Source: Clostridia bacterium
GTDB taxonomy: Bacteria; Bacillota; Clostridia; CAKSNL01; HGM11501
Direction: 5' to 3'
DNA: 54,039 nucleotides
Assembly: GCA_045545475.1 (NCBI GenBank)
Contig: JAZQAZ010000038.1
Span: 1-54,039 of the forward strand
Part shown: positions 37,375 to 47,025 of the stretch, piece after piece
Position numbering within the stretch: the first letter of the stretch is position 1
How the letters are laid out: each line of letters starts with the position of its first letter
Notes under the pieces: generated by a model
Told to the model about the DNA's origin: nothing
The model's database searches: none
What the model saw: only the letters and a program-made list of their open reading frames with translations
Translations under genes and position numbers: made by a program

Positions 37375-38541
37375 ATGAAAATTGCAGTTGTGGGTGCGGG
37401 TGCGGCAGGTTTAATTGCCGCATCGGTGCTTAAAAGTAAAAATGCGGAGTTTACCCTTTTTGAGCGAAGTGCAAGGGCCGGAAAAAAACTTCTTGCAACG
37501 GGGAACGGAAGGTGCAATATTACAAATCTTTGCATAGACAAAAGCCGCTATCACGGAGAAAGCGACTTTTCGGAGTATGCTCTTTCCAGGTTTGGCTACT
37601 TTGAGCTTAAAACATTTTTTGAAAGCATCGGTGTGCCGCTTAAGGCAGAGGGGGATAAGGTTTATCCTTACAGCCTTCAGGCATCAAGCGTTCTTGATAT
37701 GCTCCGCTTTGCGGAAGGATTGAGTGAAGTCTGCGATACGGAAATAACGAAAATTATACCGAAGAAAAAAGGATTTACATTAAAAGCCGGCGATAAAGAT
37801 GTATTTTTTGATAAAGTAATTCTCTGCTGCGGCGGCAAGGCTTCTCCAAATCTGTCGGGAGGCGGAGCGTATAATCTTTTAACCGATTTAGGACATAAAT
37901 TAACGCCCTTAAAGCCTGCGATTGTTCAGCTTAAATGTGACGGGACAAAAGCACTTGACGGTGTCAAGATTGATGCCGCCATCAAAATGGAAAAGCGAAT
38001 AGAGGAAGGTGAGGTTTTGTTTACCTCCTACGGTTTATCTGGGCCACCTATACTTCAGCTTTCAAGGGATGCTAAAGGAAAGAAAATATCCCTTGATTTA
38101 ACCCCTGAATTAAGCTATGCTGAAATTGTAAATATGCTGTCGGAAAAAAGGAAACTTACATATCTTACATTGGAAAATCTTTTCACGGGTTTTCTTAATA
38201 AAAAACTGGGACGTGAAATACTTAAAAGATGTGACTGCCTTCCTATGGGAAGGGAAATTAATAGTCTTACAGACAAGGAAATAAAAAGCCTTGCTTCCGT
38301 AATTAAAGGTATGGAATTTTTAATTACCGACACCAACGGATTTGCCAATGCCCAGGTTACGGCCGGAGGCATCTGCTGTAAAGATTTTAACAGAGAAACC
38401 ATGGAATCAAAAATATGCCCCGGTCTTTATGTGGCGGGCGAAATGCTGAATGTGGACGGTGACTGTGGCGGTTTTAATCTTCAGTGGGCGTTTTCCTCTG
38501 CATATCTTGCAGCACTTTCGGCGATTGGAGAAACAGTATGA
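37375..38541 (+). CDS. HI0933/YhiN family flavoprotein
   Basis: VGAGAAG, GKKLLATGNGRCNITN, GEVLFTSYGLSGPPIL, AQVTAGG, DGDCGGFNLQWA; start at ATG 37375. Confidence 0.92.
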   Translation: MKIAVVGAGAAGLIAASVLKSKNAEFTLFERSARAGKKLLATGNGRCNITNLCIDKSRYHGESDFSEYALSRFGYFELKTFFESIGVPLKAEGDKVYPYSLQASSVLDMLRFAEGLSEVCDTEITKIIPKKKGFTLKAGDKDVFFDKVILCCGGKASPNLSGGGAYNLLTDLGHKLTPLKPAIVQLKCDGTKALDGVKIDAAIKMEKRIEEGEVLFTSYGLSGPPILQLSRDAKGKKISLDLTPELSYAEIVNMLSEKRKLTYLTLENLFTGFLNKKLGREILKRCDCLPMGREINSLTDKEIKSLASVIKGMEFLITDTNGFANAQVTAGGICCKDFNRETMESKICPGLYVAGEMLNVDGDCGGFNLQWAFSSAYLAALSAIGETV

Positions 38542-40082
38542 TTAAAATTGACGGTATAAAGCTCGGCCTTTCAGAAAATGAAAAAGACCTTTTTGAAAAA
38601 GTAAAAAAAATAACCAAAGGGAAAGCGGAAAGCTTTTATGTTTTTAAGAAAGCCATAGATGCACGGCGTAAGGATAATGTACATTTTGTATATTCTGTTG
38701 TTGCAAAGGCAAAAGGGGAAGAAACACTGTCAAAAAGCGTTAACGGAATAACAATTTTTGATGAAAAAAACTTTGACTATCCGCATCTTAAAATAAAAAT
38801 GGAAAGCCGCCCTGTTGTAATCGGAAGCGGCCCTGCAGGAAGCTTTGCGGCACTTTGTCTTGCAAAGGCAGGGGCATGTCCCATCGTTATTGAACGTGGA
38901 AAGCCGGTGGATGAAAGAAGCTGCGACACGGAAAAATTTTTTGCAGGAGGAACACTTGATACAGAGTCCAACGTTCAGTTCGGCGAAGGTGGAGCAGGAA
39001 CCTTTTCAGACGGGAAATTAAACACAGGAACACACTCTCCTTTTATAAGGAAAATACTATCTGAATATGTGAGATTCGGGGCAAACGAAAATATATTGGC
39101 AGATGCAAAACCTCATATCGGGACCGACGTACTTAAAAAAATCGCAGTAAATATAAGGCACGAGGTGGAAAGCCTTGGAGGAACCTACCTTTTCTCGAAA
39201 AAGGTTTCGGATATTGAAATCAAAAACGGAAAAATAACGGCCGTTTTCATTCCCGAAAGAATTGATACCGACACCGTAATTCTTGCCATCGGTCACAGTG
39301 CGAGAGACACCTTTTTTATGCTTGATTCCAGGGGTGTGAAAATGGAGCAGAAGGCGTTTTCCGTGGGCTTAAGAATCGAGCATCCCCAGGAGCTTATAAA
39401 TAAGGCGCAGTACGGCTCCTTTTATAACCATCCATCCCTTGGTGCGGCAGACTATAAATTCGGGGACGATTGCTACACCTTCTGTATGTGCCCCGGGGGT
39501 TACGTTGTGGCAGCAGCAAGCGAAGAGGGTGGAATCGTCACCAACGGAATGAGCTATTCGGAAAGAGCCGGAGAAAACGCCAACAGCGCACTCCTTGTAA
39601 ATGTAAATGAAAAGGATTTCGGCACTGAGCTTTTTGCGGGAGTGGAATTTCAGCGGAAGATTGAAAGAGCAGCCTACGAAATAAGCAAAAGCTATATGGC
39701 TCCTTGCCAGAAACTTTCGGACTTTTTAGCTGATACTGAAACAAAATCATTCGGAAGCGTTAACCCCACATATAAACCGGGGGTTGTGCCGTCGGACATA
39801 AGAAAAATCCTTCCAGAAAGAATATGTAACAACTTAAAAAGCGGTATACTCAATATTGATAAAAAGCTTAAAGGCTTTGCAACGGGTGATGCACTTTTAA
39901 CGGCACCTGAGACAAGAAGCTCATCTCCTGTAAGAATTTTAAGGGATGAAACCCTTCAGGCGATAGGCATTGAAGGCTTGTACCCATCGGGCGAAGGGGC
40001 AGGCTATGCCGGAGGCATAATGTCCGCAGCGGCAGACGGCATACGCTGTGCAGTAAAGATAATAGAAAAGCTGAACGGATAA
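38538..40082 (+). CDS. FAD-dependent oxidoreductase (COG2509-like)
   Basis: IDARRK, GSGPAG, QFGEGGAGTFSDGKL, FCMCPGG, ETRSSSP, GEGAGYAGGIMSAA; ATGA overlap with the upstream gene. Confidence 0.9.
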   Translation: MIKIDGIKLGLSENEKDLFEKVKKITKGKAESFYVFKKAIDARRKDNVHFVYSVVAKAKGEETLSKSVNGITIFDEKNFDYPHLKIKMESRPVVIGSGPAGSFAALCLAKAGACPIVIERGKPVDERSCDTEKFFAGGTLDTESNVQFGEGGAGTFSDGKLNTGTHSPFIRKILSEYVRFGANENILADAKPHIGTDVLKKIAVNIRHEVESLGGTYLFSKKVSDIEIKNGKITAVFIPERIDTDTVILAIGHSARDTFFMLDSRGVKMEQKAFSVGLRIEHPQELINKAQYGSFYNHPSLGAADYKFGDDCYTFCMCPGGYVVAAASEEGGIVTNGMSYSERAGENANSALLVNVNEKDFGTELFAGVEFQRKIERAAYEISKSYMAPCQKLSDFLADTETKSFGSVNPTYKPGVVPSDIRKILPERICNNLKSGILNIDKKLKGFATGDALLTAPETRSSSPVRILRDETLQAIGIEGLYPSGEGAGYAGGIMSAAADGIRCAVKIIEKLNG

Positions 40083-40085
40083 AGA

Positions 40086-40118
40086 AAAACAGACTTCAAT
40101 CTGAAGTCTGTTTTTTTC
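40086..40118. terminator. Terminator between convergent genes
   Basis: AAAAACAGACTTCA-atc-TGAAGTCTGTTTTT. Confidence 0.8.
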
Positions 40119-40935
40119 TTGTCTTGGGAGGCTTTATTTCGCTTGGGGAATAGCCGTAGTGCTGCTTGAATGCCTTTGAAAAAGTAACAAAATCGTTGTA
40201 TCCCACTTTTTCCGCAGTTTCGGCAACACTCAGTCCGTTTTTAAGAAGGTAAACGGCAGTGGTAAGCCTTTTTTTTATTAAATATTCCTGAAGAGTAAGA
40301 CCTGTTACTTTCTTGAAGCACCGTGATAAATATCTTATGCTGAGGCGCATAAATTTTGCAACCTCATCGCAGTTTATATTTCTTCCAAAATGATGATTTA
40401 TATACATTATTGCGGCATTTACATGAAGAGTCTGAAGATCGGGTTTTTCATCGGAACTCAGGCGAAAAATTGCACACAGCTTGTGAAGCATGCCTGCAAG
40501 ATAAAAGGCGTGCATATCGTCCTTGTGGCATATTTCGATTAGTTCGTCGAAAATTTCAGATGGGTAGGAAAAAATTCTCGGAAGATGGGAAAAAAGGTGG
40601 GCAAAGTCACCGGTAAAATTAATAAAGGCATAATACCATGGGTCTTTTTTGTCAGGCTCATAGTAAATGTATTCATTGGATTTTACGATAAAACCTTCGC
40701 CTGCATTCACTTCCTGCTTTTCGTCATCTATGGTAATATATCCCTTTCCGCTTTTTACAAAAAATAACATATAGCGGGAAATACAGTTCCTCGGAACAGT
40801 CCAGTTGTCAATGGTACATTTTTCATATCCGTATTCAAGGGGGTGAAAATCATTCAGGCGTGTGAGTTTTTCGACACCGGAAAATACCCCGTGAAAACGG
40901 TCTTTGGTATATGTATCAATCTTAGAATCAGGCAT
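40096..40935 (-). CDS. AraC family transcriptional regulator
   Basis: YGYEKC...FVKSGKG...PWYY sensing domain; HTH LSIRYLSRCFKK...VGYNDFVTFSKAFKQHYGYSP. Confidence 0.92.
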   Translation of the reverse strand: MPDSKIDTYTKDRFHGVFSGVEKLTRLNDFHPLEYGYEKCTIDNWTVPRNCISRYMLFFVKSGKGYITIDDEKQEVNAGEGFIVKSNEYIYYEPDKKDPWYYAFINFTGDFAHLFSHLPRIFSYPSEIFDELIEICHKDDMHAFYLAGMLHKLCAIFRLSSDEKPDLQTLHVNAAIMYINHHFGRNINCDEVAKFMRLSIRYLSRCFKKVTGLTLQEYLIKKRLTTAVYLLKNGLSVAETAEKVGYNDFVTFSKAFKQHYGYSPSEIKPPKTRKKQTSD

Positions 40936-41071
40936 ATATTTCCACCTCTTTTCAATTTGGCTACATTATATCATATTGAGGTTACATTTTGCAATAGAAA
41001 TATTTCCGGATATGTGATAAATTTAAAGTAAATAACTTGCTTTATCCATAATAATGTAAGGAGGAATTTTT

Positions 41072-43789
41072 ATGAAGAAAATTTTATGCCTGCTTCTGGC
41101 ACTCATGCTTATGGCTTCAGGCTTTGCGGTTTATGCCTCGGAAGATGTTACTCTTCTTCCGGAAAACGCCCCCTATGTATCGGGCGTTACCGTAAAGGAC
41201 GGAGTAACGGGCTTTGCGAAAGGAAACTATATCGGTTTTTCCGATGTGGACCTTACGGGAATAAACTCCGTTAAAATTACAGGAAAATTCAATCTTGGTG
41301 TAGGAAACGGAGAAACCATAAGAATAAAGATTGACGATCCCAAAACGGGTGAGGAAATCGGTTTCGTTGTAATTTCAGAAAGCAAGGAAGAATATTTCGG
41401 TTATGTAGGCGGTGCATCAGGCGTTCACGATGTATATTTCGTGGGCACTTACTGGTCAGGCTATGATTCCGACTTTTCAATTAAAAGCTTTACACTTCTG
41501 AAAGCTCCTTATGAAGATAACGCCTTTGACAATCAGGTTGATGACAGCTACGTAAAAGACTTCTACGAAGACACCTGGGTTTCCGTTGACGATTTTGGAC
41601 GTAGGGTAGCAGAATATCCCGAAGCAGGGCCCGTGAAAGAAGGCGAGCGGGAAGTGGGTATGCTTTACTGGAACTGGTTTTCAGGAAACGGAACAACAAA
41701 AGCAACCGTAATTTCGGATATAACAACCAAATACCCCAATGCCATGACACTTGACGGGGCTTCTGCCTGGAACGGTGCAGGTATGACCGTATGGGACGAG
41801 CCTGTTTACGGTTATTACAACTCTTATGACTATTGGGTGATAAGACGCCACGCTGAGCTTTTTGCAGCAGCCGGTGTTGATGTGATTTTCCCCGACTGCT
41901 CAAACGGCGGTACTTCTCATATCGAACCTCTGATGATTATGGCAAGAGCGTTCCGTGATGCGAAAAAAGAGGGAATAAAGGTTCCGAAAATTTCTTCTTT
42001 CACAGCGGACTGGACAGCATCTGACGGATTTTTCAGATTCTTTGCATCGACATATAATACCTGCTTCCAGCTTGAGGACTTCTCGGACATCTGGTATATG
42101 AGAGACGGAAAGCCCTTCCTTTTCGGTATGGATGAAGAAGTTGCAAATGGTATTAAAAATGCCGCAAAGGGTGATCCTGCTTTATCAAATCTTGCAGAAG
42201 AGATGGTAGATTTCTTTTCTTACAGAAGAAATGCAACAGGACACGTATATCCTGAAAGATGGACATGGATTGAAACCTTCCCCCAGATGGCACGGGGCTT
42301 GAAGACAGATGACGGAAGACCTGAATTTGTCGCAGTGGGCGTTTCCAAAAACTCGGGCTATGTTGGAATAGGCGAGTGTGCCAGCGACCCCTATGCAATG
42401 GGAAGAGCATATTCTGCCCCCTTTGGAGAGGATTACAGGGAAGAGGCTATAAGGGAAGCATACTATTACAGAGAAGAAGCATCGCTTGCCTTGGATTATG
42501 ATCCCCACTTCATTATGTTTGACGGATGGAACGAGCTTAAGAGTGACTTATACAGAAACTACGGCGGATACGATATTGCATTCCCCGATACCTTTGACTC
42601 TGATAACAGCCGTGATATGGAGCCTGTAAGAGGACTCTTAAAGGACGACTGCTACAATATGTTAGTTGACGTAATAAGAAAATATAAGGGCGTTCGTCCC
42701 GCACCTGTGGCAACCGGAGAAATCACAATTGATATTAACGGCGATGCATCTGTTTGGGCAAATGTGGGCCCTGAATTTTTAAACTATAGCGGAACTGACA
42801 GAACCGGAACGGATGCTTACATAAGCGACAGAACAGAAGAACTTAAAGTTTATGATACAGTTATTGCAAACAGAGTGGTTTCCTCCAAGGCGGCTCGCGA
42901 CGCTGATAACTTCTACTTTATGGCAAAAGCCGACAAGGCAATAACAATGGGTGACGGTGCGCTTCAGCTTTTAATAAATACCGACAGAAATGCATCAACC
43001 GGCGAAAACGGCTATGATTACATTTTAGGACGTAAGGTAGGATCGGTTGAAGCGATTGTAAAAGGAGAAAATGGCTTTACATATAACGAAGTCGGAAAAT
43101 ATGAATACACTGTAAAAGACGATGTGATTCAGATTAAAATGCCGAGAGCCTTAATCGGTGAAACAGGCAAGGTTGAAATGGAATTAAAGTGGGTATCGGG
43201 AGCATTTTTCGATATACTTGACCTTTATGCAAACCTTTCTTCTGCACCGATAGGACGCTTTAACTACCTCTTTATCGAGGAAGCACAAAAGGCACTTACC
43301 AAAGATGAACGTGCAATGATGAAAAACTCCACCCTCATTCAGGCGGGCAACGCAAAGATGATTGCGAACGGCGGTATAGTTGATGTTTATGAAGCCGATA
43401 CAAGAGTTGCACCCTTTGAAATGTTCGGTACAGTCTATGTTCCCCTTAAAACTCTTGAAGAAATCATCGGCTGGGGCAAGAGTAAAACAGAATACGACTA
43501 TCTTTCGAACATTTTATACATTTACAACTATGAGCTTGATTTAGAGACAAGAGAATACAAGGAAAACAACTGGTATTACACCGTTGTGGGAACGAAAGAA
43601 GCTTACAAAAACGGAAAGGTGGCAGAAATGAGCAATCCCGTAGTTACGGCAAACGGAATGTTATATGTTCCGCTTTCCGTGTTTACAGATCTTATTGGAA
43701 GAAATGTAACAGCTCTTGGTAACGGATGTTACCTTGTAGGCGATGCAGGTGCAAAAGAGGCAAATGCACTTCTTTCTTACATAAATTGA
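41072..43789 (+). CDS. Secreted modular glycoside hydrolase-like protein: CBM6-like + GH99/GH71-like barrel + C-terminal copper-amine-oxidase-N (stalk)-like domain
   Basis: Signal peptide (MKKILCLLLALMLMASGFAVYA); GFSDVD...GVHDVYFV; VGMLYWNW, WDEPVYGYY, HAELFAAAGVD, DGKP, GWNE, SRDMEP; YVPL repeats at the C-terminus. Confidence 0.7.
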   Translation: MKKILCLLLALMLMASGFAVYASEDVTLLPENAPYVSGVTVKDGVTGFAKGNYIGFSDVDLTGINSVKITGKFNLGVGNGETIRIKIDDPKTGEEIGFVVISESKEEYFGYVGGASGVHDVYFVGTYWSGYDSDFSIKSFTLLKAPYEDNAFDNQVDDSYVKDFYEDTWVSVDDFGRRVAEYPEAGPVKEGEREVGMLYWNWFSGNGTTKATVISDITTKYPNAMTLDGASAWNGAGMTVWDEPVYGYYNSYDYWVIRRHAELFAAAGVDVIFPDCSNGGTSHIEPLMIMARAFRDAKKEGIKVPKISSFTADWTASDGFFRFFASTYNTCFQLEDFSDIWYMRDGKPFLFGMDEEVANGIKNAAKGDPALSNLAEEMVDFFSYRRNATGHVYPERWTWIETFPQMARGLKTDDGRPEFVAVGVSKNSGYVGIGECASDPYAMGRAYSAPFGEDYREEAIREAYYYREEASLALDYDPHFIMFDGWNELKSDLYRNYGGYDIAFPDTFDSDNSRDMEPVRGLLKDDCYNMLVDVIRKYKGVRPAPVATGEITIDINGDASVWANVGPEFLNYSGTDRTGTDAYISDRTEELKVYDTVIANRVVSSKAARDADNFYFMAKADKAITMGDGALQLLINTDRNASTGENGYDYILGRKVGSVEAIVKGENGFTYNEVGKYEYTVKDDVIQIKMPRALIGETGKVEMELKWVSGAFFDILDLYANLSSAPIGRFNYLFIEEAQKALTKDERAMMKNSTLIQAGNAKMIANGGIVDVYEADTRVAPFEMFGTVYVPLKTLEEIIGWGKSKTEYDYLSNILYIYNYELDLETREYKENNWYYTVVGTKEAYKNGKVAEMSNPVVTANGMLYVPLSVFTDLIGRNVTALGNGCYLVGDAGAKEANALLSYIN

Positions 43790-43807
43790 TGAAAGGAGAA
43801 TTGAGTT

Positions 43808-46800
43808 ATGAAAAAAATATTATCCTTCATATTGGCACTTATTATGGTTGCGGGTCTTATCGGAGCATTACCGACTTTTGCAACACTTTCCGATGCAGAC
43901 TTGAATGCGGCGGCACAGGGAAAGCCATTTAAGGTAGGAAATAACTATTTTTCCGATATGGGAAGTGCCATAAGCGTGGCAAAAGGCGAAAAAGTATATC
44001 TTGTGGGTGACGGAACCTGGACAGGGCCTCTTAAAGACTTCTATAACACAAAAATAAATATCGACGGAAACGGCTTTACCCTTAAACTGGATGTGGTATT
44101 CGTAATAAATACGGGAAGCACAATGACACTCCGTAACGTCACCGTGGACCTAAACGGAAAGTGCTTCAAAGCACTTGGCTCAAGCGGACACATTATATAT
44201 GATGCTGGCACAACCCTTATAAACGGGGGAGGAGCCTTTGGCGGTGCAACAACGTCGGAAGGTAGCGGAAGCATTGTAACCATGATGCCGGGTAGTAAAA
44301 TCGTCGGTGCAACGGGCACGATCGGATGCGGAATCGCGAGCCTGACAGGCGGAACAATAGAGCTTCTTGGCGGATCAATTGAAGACGGAAATGCGGAAAG
44401 CGGCGGAGCCGTTAAAATCAACCCCGGTGCAAAGGTAGTATTAGGGGGCGACTTTACACTTAAAGATAATGTTTCGGGCGGTAATGAAGCAGGCATTGAA
44501 ATAGGAGATATCGGTGCACTTACGGTAAAGGGTAATTTTACCGGTAGTGCAGGAATAAAGTTTACAGCAGGTGCAAGTGAAGGCGACATAATAGGAAAAG
44601 ATGAAAATGCAACAGGCACGGAAAAAATATACCTTCTCGGAAATACCGAACTTGTGGTAGTAACCGACGGCAAAGGAAATCTTTCGTTCGGTAAAAAAGG
44701 AACATCCGTAACTAAGAAAGATACAGCTGAAGAAGAAAATAAAGCCGCTGTGCCCATAGTTAAAATGGAGCTTACAGAGGCGGATAAGCTAGCAGCTTCC
44801 GACGGAAAGCCCTTTAAGGTAGGAAAGAACTATTTTTCCGATATGGGAAGTGCCATAAGCGTGGCGAAAGGCGAAACAGTATACCTTGTGGGTGACGGAA
44901 CCTGGACAGGTCCTCTTAAGGATTTTTACAACACAAAAATAAATATCGACGGAAACGGCTTTACCCTTAAACTGGATGTGGTATTCGTAATAAATACGGG
45001 AAGCACAATGACGCTTCGTAATGTTACCGTGGACCTAAACGGAAAGTGCTTCAAAGCCCTCGGCTCAAGCGGACATATTATATATGAAAACGGAACAACC
45101 CTTATAAACGGAGGCTCAGCCTTTGGCGGTGCAACAACGTCGGAAGGTAGCGGAAGCATTGTAACCATGATGCCGGGTAGTAAAATCGTCGGTGCAACGG
45201 GCACGATCGGATGCGGAATCGCGAGCCTGACAGGCGGAACAATAGAACTTCTTGGCGGCACAATTGAAGACGGAAATGCGGAAAGCGGCGGAGCCGTTAA
45301 AATCAACCCCGGTGCAAAGGTAGTATTAGGGGGCGACTTTACACTCAAAGATAATGTTTCGGGCGGCAAGGAAGCCGGCATTGAAATAGGAGATATCGGT
45401 GCACTTACGGTAAAGGGTAATTTTACCGGTAGTGCAGGAATAAAGTTTACAGCAGGTGCAAGCGAAGGTACAGTAATAGGAAAAGACGAAAACGCAACCG
45501 GCACAGAAAAAATATACCTTCTCGGAAATACCGAACTTGTGGTAGTAACCGACGGCAAAGGAAATCTTTCATTCGGTAAAAAAGGAACATCAGTGGCTTC
45601 GGAGAAAGATACTACAAAAGAAAAAGAGGAAGCACCCGAAAGCATTTATTATGAAGATAAGTCATCATGGAAGGCAACGGCAAATTCAGAAGCATGGCAG
45701 AGAACTGCTGACAAGGCAATAGATAACGACCCGAAATCCGTATGGCATACAGAATACGGTTGGGAAAACAACAAGGTAACCTGGAAAACACCACTTCCGC
45801 ATAACCTTGATGTTGACTTCGGAAAAGAAATTGATGTTGCAGGCTTTACCTTAATAACAAATCCCGGTGCTCCTGCAGGTCAGCCTACGAAGATGAACTT
45901 CTATGTAAAGATAAACGGCGAATATCAGCTTGTTAAGGAATATAAGTTCAACGTAAGCTCAACAAGCTACAGCCAGACTATAGTAAACGAATTCGGAGCA
46001 TCTGTTAAGGCGGAAGGTGTAAGACTCTTATACATCGATGCATTGGACGGACACGGAACACTTGCCGAGCTTGAAATCATAAAGCCCAAAGAGGGTATGA
46101 AGTCAGAACCGTTTAATGACTTCCTTTATACAATGGGCAAAAATGCCCTTTATCCCATACCCTTAAAGGATGCGTCAGCAAGCTATGACGGAGAAGACTG
46201 GGGACGTGCAGTTACGGATAATGTATTGGATGGTTCCACATCAACCTCTTGGCAGGCAAATACAAATATGAAGGCACCCTATAACTTGACTATTGATCTT
46301 GGGGAGGTTTGCACTTTAAGTGGATTTACCTACACACCAAGACAGGTAGTCTACTTTGACGGATACTGGGAAAGCTATAATATCCATATAAGTGACGACG
46401 GAGTTAACTACCGTCTTTTAGAAGAAAAACTTTCCTTCCTTCCGAGAACTCTTGCAGCGTCGACTCACGTGTTCCCCGAAAAGGTTACGACACGCTATAT
46501 AAGATTTGAAATATTAAAGGGAACAGGAAACTTGGGAAGCTGTGCAGAGCTTGAGTTTTTAGAAGACTTTGAGGCTTATATGGCACGCCGTGAAAAAATG
46601 GAAGAGTATTATGTCCTTAAGATTGGCTCTAATGAAATTATTCACAAAAAGGGAACAGAGACTATTGACGTTGCTCCCTACATTGAAAACGGCACAACCT
46701 TTATTCCTTTAAGAGGATTACTTGAACTTATGGGAGCTTCTGTTACCTGGGACGGAGAAAACAGAGCGGTTACCATAGTCAAAGACTCCACGGAAATTTA

Positions 46801-46987
46801 TCTTCAGATAAGAAACAAAAACGTGTTTGTAACTACAAACAAAAACGGCAAAGAGCGTTACACACTTCTTGCGGCACCCAGAATTGAAAACGGAAGAACC
46901 TTCATTCCCGTAAGATTCGTATCGGAAATGCTTGGCTATAAAGTAACCTGGGATGGAGAAAAACAGGAAATAAAGATAGAAAACTGA
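43808..46987 (+). CDS. Secreted surface protein: two Gly-rich beta-helix-like repeats, two F5/8 type C (CBM32-like) domains, C-terminal copper-amine-oxidase-N domain
   Basis: Signal peptide; duplicated unit of about 262 aa; AIDNDPKSVWHT / VLDGSTSTSW...LTIDLG...TTRYIRF discoidin motifs; APYIENGTTFIPLR, APRIENGRTFIPVRFVSE. Confidence 0.8.
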   Translation: MKKILSFILALIMVAGLIGALPTFATLSDADLNAAAQGKPFKVGNNYFSDMGSAISVAKGEKVYLVGDGTWTGPLKDFYNTKINIDGNGFTLKLDVVFVINTGSTMTLRNVTVDLNGKCFKALGSSGHIIYDAGTTLINGGGAFGGATTSEGSGSIVTMMPGSKIVGATGTIGCGIASLTGGTIELLGGSIEDGNAESGGAVKINPGAKVVLGGDFTLKDNVSGGNEAGIEIGDIGALTVKGNFTGSAGIKFTAGASEGDIIGKDENATGTEKIYLLGNTELVVVTDGKGNLSFGKKGTSVTKKDTAEEENKAAVPIVKMELTEADKLAASDGKPFKVGKNYFSDMGSAISVAKGETVYLVGDGTWTGPLKDFYNTKINIDGNGFTLKLDVVFVINTGSTMTLRNVTVDLNGKCFKALGSSGHIIYENGTTLINGGSAFGGATTSEGSGSIVTMMPGSKIVGATGTIGCGIASLTGGTIELLGGTIEDGNAESGGAVKINPGAKVVLGGDFTLKDNVSGGKEAGIEIGDIGALTVKGNFTGSAGIKFTAGASEGTVIGKDENATGTEKIYLLGNTELVVVTDGKGNLSFGKKGTSVASEKDTTKEKEEAPESIYYEDKSSWKATANSEAWQRTADKAIDNDPKSVWHTEYGWENNKVTWKTPLPHNLDVDFGKEIDVAGFTLITNPGAPAGQPTKMNFYVKINGEYQLVKEYKFNVSSTSYSQTIVNEFGASVKAEGVRLLYIDALDGHGTLAELEIIKPKEGMKSEPFNDFLYTMGKNALYPIPLKDASASYDGEDWGRAVTDNVLDGSTSTSWQANTNMKAPYNLTIDLGEVCTLSGFTYTPRQVVYFDGYWESYNIHISDDGVNYRLLEEKLSFLPRTLAASTHVFPEKVTTRYIRFEILKGTGNLGSCAELEFLEDFEAYMARREKMEEYYVLKIGSNEIIHKKGTETIDVAPYIENGTTFIPLRGLLELMGASVTWDGENRAVTIVKDSTEIYLQIRNKNVFVTTNKNGKERYTLLAAPRIENGRTFIPVRFVSEMLGYKVTWDGEKQEIKIEN
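43919..44706 (+). repeat. Intragenic direct repeat, copy 1 (788 bp)
   Basis: Matches 44804-45591 at offset 885; about 44 mismatches by manual count (about 94% identity), no indels. Confidence 0.95.
44804..45591 (+). repeat. Intragenic direct repeat, copy 2 (788 bp)
   Basis: Matches 43919-44706. Confidence 0.95.
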
Positions 46988-46988
46988 C

Positions 46989-47021
46989 AAAAAAGGAGAA
47001 TGCATTGCATTCTCCTTTTTT
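46989..47021. terminator. Bidirectional terminator
   Basis: AAAAAAGGAGAATGCA-t-TGCATTCTCCTTTTTT. Confidence 0.88.
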
Positions 47022-47025
47022 ATTT

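Noticed and set aside
43919-45591. Repeat pair as the template/variable regions of a diversity-generating retroelement
   Set aside because: Both copies are in-frame coding, mismatches are mostly synonymous and not adenine-specific, the unit is far longer than a typical TR/VR, and there is no reverse transcriptase in the window
44041-45645. Two antisense ORFs of 238-239 aa
   Set aside because: Shadows of the Gly-rich repeated module on the opposite strand; Pro/Ser-rich with no RBS or family motifs
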